Source of the DNA: a bacterium
GTDB lineage: Bacteria; Babelota; Babeliae; Babelales; RVW-14
Assembly: GCA_043822925.1 (NCBI GenBank)
Contig: JBDRBF010000008.1
Location: forward strand, 14,302 to 78,301
DNA length: 64,000 nt
Direction: 5' to 3'
The notes beneath the pieces were generated by a model. The model saw nothing but the letters and a program-made list of their open reading frames with translations, had not been told where the DNA came from and did not search any database. The position numbers and the translations under genes were made by a program. Positions 57,862-64,000 of the stretch are shown one piece after another (within the stretch, counting starts at the first letter, position 1; each line of letters opens with the position of its first letter).

Positions 57862-58479
57862 ATGCCCAATTTCAGCTTCAAAAAATATATCTCAAAACAA
57901 CTCAAAGATAATAAAATTTTGAGAAATATTCTTCAATACACACTCTACAGCATCATACGTCTGCTTTTTGCTACATATCGGCTCCAGATCATCTATAAAG
58001 ACACATCTTTGGACAATAAAAAAATTCATGATCACCCAGGAATTTTTTATTTTTGGCACCAACAAATTATTGCCGGCATGCTCTTTTTTTCACGAAATAA
58101 AAGTAAGGGATATTGCATCGTCAGCCCAAGCAATGATGGCAAAATTGCCGGTTTTATCTGCGCAAAACTCGGTTTTAACGTTTTATACGGCTCATCATCA
58201 AAATCCCCTATCGCTTTAATCAAAGATAGCGTAAACGTTCTAAACACCGCAAAACAATTGTGTCTAGTCGGGGACGGCTCGAGAGGCCCAGCTTTTAAAC
58301 TCCAAAAAGGCTTACAATATCTCTCTACAAAAACCGGAGTCCCCCTTGTTTTTATCGAGTGCTCTGTCAGCCGAGCCATAACATTCACAAAAAGCTGGGA
58401 CCAGTTCAAGATACCCTTGCCATTCAGCAAGATTACTGTTACCGTTCATGCGCCAGAATACGCAAGCGCTGATCAATAA
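57862..58479 (+). CDS. DUF374-family protein (lysophospholipid-acyltransferase-like, usually linked to Kdo/lipid A genes)
   Basis: 205 aa; VSPSNDGKIAGFICAKLGFNVLYGSSSKSP...LVGDGSRGPAFKLQKGLQYLSTKTGVPLV matches the DUF374 pattern as I remember it. Confidence 0.65.
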   Translation: MPNFSFKKYISKQLKDNKILRNILQYTLYSIIRLLFATYRLQIIYKDTSLDNKKIHDHPGIFYFWHQQIIAGMLFFSRNKSKGYCIVSPSNDGKIAGFICAKLGFNVLYGSSSKSPIALIKDSVNVLNTAKQLCLVGDGSRGPAFKLQKGLQYLSTKTGVPLVFIECSVSRAITFTKSWDQFKIPLPFSKITVTVHAPEYASADQ

Positions 58480-58504
58480 AAAACCGTAGGGGGTTACTAA
58501 AAAA

Positions 58505-60508
58505 ATGTTCGCACAAGTACAATTATTAAATGGATTCACAAAAACACTCACCTACAAAATTCCAGAAAAAATCGCAGGCTTAAACCTAATTGGCAAACTT
58601 GTTCTTGTCCCACTCAGAAACAGGGTCACGTCTGCTATAGTTCTATCACACCAAGAAAAACTTGATAGCTCGATGCTCTTTGATATTAAAGAAATTATAG
58701 ACTTACACCCATTCCCAAAAGATCTCGCCTATAATGCGTTTATTGAGAAAATAGCACAATTTTATTTCACAAACCCGTTACAGTTTTATCAAAGAGTTCA
58801 AAATTTTTTAAGTACAAAAAAACAAGAACCTGAGCCTGAAGATGCTGCTCTTTTAGAATCAGAACCTAAAATAAAAAAAATAGACGTATCGCTCACGCAA
58901 GAACAACAAATAGTTGTTGATGCGCTTTTGCCCCTCATAACAAAACCACGTTACTCGCCGACGCTTTTACATGGAGTTACCGGATCTGGTAAAACAGAAA
59001 TTTATAAAAAATTAATACTCGCATGTATCGAGCAAAACAAAACAGCGATACTATTATTGCCAGAAGTCACGCTGAGCATGCAATTCGAACATTTACTCTC
59101 AGTCCAACTCCCGACAGTAACTATTCACAGTTTTCACAGCGCGACAAAAATATCTGAAAAAAAAACACTTTGGAAAAATTTACTCGTAAATAAGCCGATA
59201 TTAATAATAGGTGTCCACTTACCAATATTACTCCCGATACAAAACCTGGGACTTATTATTATTGACGAAGAACACGAAGTTGGATTTCAAGAAAAAAAAC
59301 ACCCAAAAATAAACAGTAAACACGCAGCCTTGTGGCGCGCCTACTTGTACAATATTCCTATTTTACTGGGATCAGCAACGCCATCACTCACGTCACTCTA
59401 TAACGTAGACCATAAACGCTGGAAATTCTTTCAACTCAAAAATAGATTTATAGGAAATTTCCCAACAATAAAAAAAGTTTTACTTACTGATAAATCAAAA
59501 AAAAGAGGGCCCTGTTTTTGGCTCTCGCACGAACTTGAAACCGAAATAAAAACATGTCTAGCCCAAAAAAAACAAGCCATTATCTATATAAATAGACGAG
59601 GCTACAGTTTTTTTGTTCAATGTAAACAATGCACGTTTATCTTTCAGTGTCCAAATTGCTCGGTAAGCCTGACATTACATACCTACCAAGAAAACGGGCT
59701 AGATCAAGATATTTTACGCTGCCATTATTGTGATCATAAAAAAAGTCTGCCAAAAAATTGCCCTGAATGCAAAGCATCCAACCAAGAATTTTTAAAAAAA
59801 GGCATAGGCACACAACAAGCAGTATCTTTATTTAAAAAAATTTTTCCCTATGCGCGCATAGAACGAGCAGATCTGGATACAACAAGTAAAAAACGTACGT
59901 GGCAACAAACTGCACAAAATTTTAAAGACGGCCACATCGATATTCTTATTGGCACAAAAAGTATCACCAAGGGATACCATTTTCCCAATGTAACACTCGT
60001 AGGTATTTTGTGGGGAGACTTAACCCTCAATATGCCTCAATATAATGCCGCTGAAACAACGCTCCAAGAACTCATTCAAGTAGCTGGACGTGCAGGACGC
60101 TTACATCAAGAAAGCAAAGTAATTATCCAACTCATGCAAGAAAATCCAATTTTTGATTTTGTATGTGAACAAAAATACATCGAATTCACAAAGCTCGAAT
60201 TAAGCCAACGTGAACAAATACTTTATCCCCCATTTTGCTTACTTATTTGTCTTGAATTACATCACAAAAGAGCAATCACAGTACAACAAGATGCTGCTCT
60301 TATAGCTCAAAAGCTTAACGTAATAATACAGAAAAAAAATATATCTGTAACCGTGCTCGGCCCCGCTCAACCCCAAGTATACAAAATACAAAAAACAGAA
60401 ATACGTCACATTTTTTTAAAATCGACATCACTTAATTGCTTACATAATCTCTTACAAGAAATAAAAACAGTAAAAATCTCAAGCAGCATGTTTATTGTTC
60501 ATAACTAA
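58505..60508 (+). CDS. priA: primosomal protein N' (replication restart helicase PriA)
   Basis: 667 aa; Walker A GVTGSGKTEIY; IIIDEEHE (DExH); Cys-rich zinc region CKQC..CPNC...CHYC...CPEC. Confidence 0.92.
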   Translation: MFAQVQLLNGFTKTLTYKIPEKIAGLNLIGKLVLVPLRNRVTSAIVLSHQEKLDSSMLFDIKEIIDLHPFPKDLAYNAFIEKIAQFYFTNPLQFYQRVQNFLSTKKQEPEPEDAALLESEPKIKKIDVSLTQEQQIVVDALLPLITKPRYSPTLLHGVTGSGKTEIYKKLILACIEQNKTAILLLPEVTLSMQFEHLLSVQLPTVTIHSFHSATKISEKKTLWKNLLVNKPILIIGVHLPILLPIQNLGLIIIDEEHEVGFQEKKHPKINSKHAALWRAYLYNIPILLGSATPSLTSLYNVDHKRWKFFQLKNRFIGNFPTIKKVLLTDKSKKRGPCFWLSHELETEIKTCLAQKKQAIIYINRRGYSFFVQCKQCTFIFQCPNCSVSLTLHTYQENGLDQDILRCHYCDHKKSLPKNCPECKASNQEFLKKGIGTQQAVSLFKKIFPYARIERADLDTTSKKRTWQQTAQNFKDGHIDILIGTKSITKGYHFPNVTLVGILWGDLTLNMPQYNAAETTLQELIQVAGRAGRLHQESKVIIQLMQENPIFDFVCEQKYIEFTKLELSQREQILYPPFCLLICLELHHKRAITVQQDAALIAQKLNVIIQKKNISVTVLGPAQPQVYKIQKTEIRHIFLKSTSLNCLHNLLQEIKTVKISSSMFIVHN

Positions 60509-60513
60509 CTCTA

Positions 60514-61491
60514 TCAAGCTGTTGGAATAGAGCCTGGATAATTTACCTGTGTAGGAACATTCGCTGGCACCAAAGGCTCGGTTTGTTGCTTAATATTCGC
60601 ACCCGGATTTTCAATAATTTTAGTTGTCCCCGGTTTTTTAGGAACTCTGTGCGTTTTTTTAAACCGACTAATAACTTTAGATCGTGCTCTCACTGCTCTT
60701 TTTGTTTTCTTAGGTTTTTTAGGAGCAGTTTTCCAATGCACTCCCGGCTTTCTTTTCTCTTGTTTTTTTACTCTAAAGTCTTCTTGTTTCTTTTTTTGTT
60801 CCGTTTTCTGTTTTTCCAGCGCTTGCACCTGTTGTTGCGCCTTTTGTAACGCAATTTTTGCCTGTTGCAACTGATTTACCTGCTGCGCTGGTTGCACCTG
60901 AGGAGATTGCCGTGCTTTCTTTCTTACTACTTTTTTCACTACTTTTTTAACTGTTTTTTTTACTGGCGCTTTTGCAGGCGCAGGCGTGCCTATCGTTTGA
61001 GGCGCAACTGAAATAACCTGAACTGGCGCAACTTGGGCCGGAACAACTTGAGTTTGAACAGGTTGTAGCTGAACAGGACCTGATTCATACACTGGCTGAG
61101 CTTGTGGCATCACTGATTGAACCTGATCTATCGGGGCTTGAGTTGGAGCTTGAACTGGAGCGTACGGCTCTTGATCCTGTGCTGGAACTACATATTGAGA
61201 TTGATCAACCGTCGCAGCTGCCGGTATAGGATCCGTTTGTGTTGGAGCCGGCGCCGAAGGCGCAGAAACTGTCCCCATAATAAGATCCCAATTAAATTGG
61301 TCGTCAGCCTGAGACTGCGCAACTAACCGTTTAACAACATCTTGCTGATCTAAGCCAAGATTCTGGCCAGACACAGGAAAAAAAAACACGTTCTCAGCAA
61401 AAACCTGCTGTACAAAAATAAATGCACCTACAGCTAAAAAACATGCTAATTTTTGAGAAAAAAGCTTTTGTAAAAGTAATTTTATAGTCAT
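60514..61491 (-). CDS. exported low-complexity protein (P/Q/V-rich, then polybasic)
   Basis: 325 aa; signal-like N-terminus; PVQ/PAQ-rich middle; KKTVKKVVKKVVRKKA block; Q/K coiled-coil-like stretch and basic tail; no family recognised. Confidence 0.6.
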   Translation of the reverse strand: MTIKLLLQKLFSQKLACFLAVGAFIFVQQVFAENVFFFPVSGQNLGLDQQDVVKRLVAQSQADDQFNWDLIMGTVSAPSAPAPTQTDPIPAAATVDQSQYVVPAQDQEPYAPVQAPTQAPIDQVQSVMPQAQPVYESGPVQLQPVQTQVVPAQVAPVQVISVAPQTIGTPAPAKAPVKKTVKKVVKKVVRKKARQSPQVQPAQQVNQLQQAKIALQKAQQQVQALEKQKTEQKKKQEDFRVKKQEKRKPGVHWKTAPKKPKKTKRAVRARSKVISRFKKTHRVPKKPGTTKIIENPGANIKQQTEPLVPANVPTQVNYPGSIPTA

Positions 61492-61655
61492 CGTCTGCCC
61501 CCCTACCCCTGTACAAACACTTCAAAACTCTAACCCTCTTTTTGTATTGTAGCAATTTCGGACCAACTGGAGCAACAGCTTATACATAATAAAAAGAGAC
61601 ATGCTTTTGACATGCCCCTTTTTATTACAAATAAATACTTTAAAAATACTTAAGA

Positions 61656-62654
61656 TTAGCGAGCAAGACTTTGCTTAAAAGCTTCTTTTTGTTCGTCTAA
61701 TTTTTTACGATCGCTATAATATTTATCCCATCGTTTTTTAAGCTCTTTATCAGACAGGGCTTTCACAGGCACAGATGCTATAACAGGTGCGATAACAGGT
61801 GCGATAACAGGCTCTTTTTTTTGATTTAAAACACCCATAATTTTGTCATAGGCCACTTTTCCATCAGGAATCAAATCATCTTTTTGAATCACACGAATTT
61901 CAAACTTCCCATTATCCATCTCACGCACATCGCCACGATGTAATAAAATCTCGCCAAAACCGGTTCCCCACCTGGAAGAATCAAAAGCCCAAAGACATGT
62001 CCCATCAGAAAATTCATCGCCCGATAAACTCTTGATATACAAAACATCCCCATCATCAATAGGCGTCCCATTAATTTTTATTAATCCCATAAACGCAAAA
62101 TGCGCTTTTGATGTTTGAGTTTCAAGAAAACCTGGGTCTGAAACAACAATCTCACTAAAATTTGGATAAAGACGAGCTGGATAATGAACCCACAAAACGC
62201 GTGATTTCTCTTGAAAACCCGCTTCTGCCGCTATCCCATTTTTTCCAGCGCCAGAATAATACGATACTATTTTTATCTTATCACCATACAAAACATCCCC
62301 CATTTTTTTAGGGTCATCAACAGATTGAACAACAAATATTTGGTTACCACTTTTATCAAGCAAATTTGCCGGCAAATCCATCCCAACCAAAATTTCATGA
62401 TGATTCTCTGGCGCTGCAACATACTTGTCTCTACTTACAGATCTCCCCTTACTCCAATCCCCAACATCAAGCGTTTTATTATTTTTAATATTTCGACTAG
62501 ATGCATGCACCCATAAAGATTTATCACTAAATTTTTTAGATTTAAACATAATCGGCACATTATATTTAACCGTCACTCCATAAACGTAACAATTACAAAC
62601 AAAAACAACTATAAACACCGCACTACCAGTAAAAAAACTCTTCATAACTCTCAT
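61656..62654 (-). CDS. exported hypothetical protein with a threefold internal repeat and a PVIA tandem repeat
   Basis: 332 aa; signal-like MKSFFTGSAVFIVVFVCNCYVYG. Three units share the pattern I-x-[FI]-K-S...FSD..LW (KFSDKSLWVH / KSRVLWVH / EFSDGTCLWAF). C-terminal PVIAPVIAPVIASVPV is followed by a charged helix. Confidence 0.6.
   Translation of the reverse strand: MRVMKSFFTGSAVFIVVFVCNCYVYGVTVKYNVPIMFKSKKFSDKSLWVHASSRNIKNNKTLDVGDWSKGRSVSRDKYVAAPENHHEILVGMDLPANLLDKSGNQIFVVQSVDDPKKMGDVLYGDKIKIVSYYSGAGKNGIAAEAGFQEKSRVLWVHYPARLYPNFSEIVVSDPGFLETQTSKAHFAFMGLIKINGTPIDDGDVLYIKSLSGDEFSDGTCLWAFDSSRWGTGFGEILLHRGDVREMDNGKFEIRVIQKDDLIPDGKVAYDKIMGVLNQKKEPVIAPVIAPVIASVPVKALSDKELKKRWDKYYSDRKKLDEQKEAFKQSLAR
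61777..61812 (-). repeat. 12-nt in-frame tandem repeat x3 (gc[tg]ataacaggt) encoding PVIA units
   Basis: Read directly; lies inside the 61656..62654 CDS. Confidence 0.9.
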
Positions 62655-62891
62655 CTCACTTCTCCCTCTATAAAAGACATGTTAAAAAACTCTAAATAAT
62701 ACGCTTGACTCCATGCTCTTTAATTACTTTAACAAGATATAATTTATAATCTATCCCCTTTTCCGATGGTTGATTCATCTAAGCCAAAACTACACCCGGG
62801 GGATTTCATCCTGTGCTCTTGGCCTTCGGCTCGTAGCTTCGTAAGACAAGCCCAAGAACAAATCGATAGGTAAAATTTTTAAATTAAGATC

Positions 62892-62936
62892 TAAAAAAAA
62901 GAATTGGGCTGATATTAAAAAAATATCAGCCCAATT
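62892..62936 (-). terminator. intrinsic terminator after ddl
   Basis: Perfect 14-bp stem aattgggctgatat / atatcagcccaatt, followed on the minus strand by a T8 run. Confidence 0.85.
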
Positions 62937-62960
62937 ATAATATTTTTTGATTTTTTAATA

Positions 62961-64000
62961 TTACCCAATAACAGACTGCTTCTCTCGCTCATCAATAATC
63001 ACCGAAGTCTCTGGAGCATTTATATTAATATTTTGCACTGGCGCAATATCTTTTTTTGCATGATTCTGAAAACCTAATTGGACAATAATATCAATAAACT
63101 CCATAGGACGTATTCCAACTTCAGCCGCTTGATGAAATAAGCACGTTGCGGGCGTTAATGCAGGCAAAGAGTTTATTTCCAAAATAACAACTCGCTGTTT
63201 GCCCGTAGGACTCTCAAGAGCGCTTTGATAAAAGCAATCAATACGAACGTAGCCTTTACAGTCAATCGTTTTGTATACGCCACCGATAGCATCCTGAACA
63301 AGAGAAATTTGTTCTTCACCAAGAGGCGCTGGCGTAATATTAGACCCAGCTCCTGGTAAAAACTTTTCTCTGATAGAAAGTACCCCTGCCTGTGCAACAG
63401 CCTGAGATGGCGGCAATACAGTAACAATATCGTTACCGTAAGCGCCACAAGTTAGTTCCATACCAATAATAAGTTCTTCAAGCATAGCAACAGATTTTCC
63501 TGCATCAAATATCGCATTACATGCAGCAATAAGCTCCTGCGTATTCTGTACTTTTTGTACAAACATACTACAACCATCATCATGAGGTTTTACAACGAGC
63601 GGGAAGTTAAGAACCCCACTCAAACGCTCACTTAAATAAGCTTCTTGTTCTTGTTCTGTTTTTTTACTCAAAATAGATTTGGAAATAAGTATAGATTGTG
63701 GTACATCAAAGCCTTTAGCTCTCAAAAACGTGTTTGTTTTGTTCTTATCCATACACAAAGCGCTGGCTAAAACCCCAGAGCCATTATATGGCAAACCAAG
63801 CATCTCAAGAGCCCCCTGAACCGCTCCACCCTCACCTTTACCACCATGAAGAGCAATAAACACAAAATCATAATTTTTTGGCAAATCTGCCCACTCAAGA
63901 GCACTATCAGGTAATTCGGAAACAAGCTCTGCTATAATCCCTGTCGAATTTTTAATCAAATATTTTTGCGTAAGCTTAAATAATTTCATGTCGTGCTTAA
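62961..64000 (-). CDS. ddl: D-alanine--D-alanine ligase (ATP-grasp); 5' end probably beyond the window
   Basis: FVFIALHGGKGEGGAVQGALEMLGLPYNGSGVLASALCMDK and the later ATP-grasp region (VVKPHDDGCSMFV, ILEINSLPALT). The frame stays open upstream of the ATG at 63989 to base 64000, and the usual N-terminal GGxSxExxVS segment is missing from the ATG-start version. Confidence 0.8.
   Translation of the reverse strand, partial: KHDMKLFKLTQKYLIKNSTGIIAELVSELPDSALEWADLPKNYDFVFIALHGGKGEGGAVQGALEMLGLPYNGSGVLASALCMDKNKTNTFLRAKGFDVPQSILISKSILSKKTEQEQEAYLSERLSGVLNFPLVVKPHDDGCSMFVQKVQNTQELIAACNAIFDAGKSVAMLEELIIGMELTCGAYGNDIVTVLPPSQAVAQAGVLSIREKFLPGAGSNITPAPLGEEQISLVQDAIGGVYKTIDCKGYVRIDCFYQSALESPTGKQRVVILEINSLPALTPATCLFHQAAEVGIRPMEFIDIIVQLGFQNHAKKDIAPVQNININAPETSVIIDEREKQSVIG

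Noticed and set aside
62790-62870. Possible fourth copy of the dispersed repeat, or a small structured RNA (gtgctcttggccttcggctcgtagcttcgtaagacaagcccaagaac).
   Set aside because: Only scattered 6-9 nt matches to copies A-C and an imperfect stem. A proper alignment is needed before calling it.

Overview
AT-rich bacterial chromosome segment (G+C judged by eye, not computed). The organism has an outer membrane (lpxC, lptD, a bamD-like lipoprotein, a DUF374 gene) and peptidoglycan genes (ftsL/ftsI, ddl). The core is one uninterrupted minus-strand str-S10-spc-alpha ribosomal supercluster at 13.5-32.4 kb, running rpsL-rpsG-fusA-tuf-rpsJ through rpoA-rplQ. It includes rpmJ, which I translated by hand because it is under the ORF-track size cutoff. 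It contains no rpmD and no adk. The remaining housekeeping genes are rseP, lpxC, rplM, pyrG, pepP, lptD, recR, yidC, bamD-like, yraN, ftsL/ftsI, a lipoprotein thioredoxin, cysS, kup, idi, tRNA-Gly(GCC), jag, mnmE, DUF374, priA and ddl (which runs off the right edge). There are three accessory regions. (i) At 1-13.4 kb, five co-oriented envelope genes: two giant paralogous exported proteins, a beta-barrel candidate 18 nt downstream of one of them, a membrane-anchored PPP-type phosphatase homologue with substituted metal-binding motifs, and a further exported protein cut by the left edge. (ii) At 55.5-57.4 kb, an exported C39-like peptidase with a polybasic tract, plus a histone-H1-like KKVA-repeat protein. 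(iii) At 60.5-62.7 kb, two exported orphan proteins. Non-coding signal includes a dispersed 80-115 nt intergenic repeat family with three clear copies, one of which supplies the last codons and stop of idi. It also includes several clean intrinsic terminators and a consensus-like promoter upstream of the tRNA. No CRISPR array, rRNA, transposase or integrase is visible. The best candidate for an undescribed system is the 1-12.6 kb envelope locus, but its function is inference only. The eukaryote-like PPP domain, the H1-like protein and the polybasic exported proteins resemble host-associated lineages such as Dependentiae or Chlamydiae-like bacteria. Taxonomy cannot be assigned without a database search.
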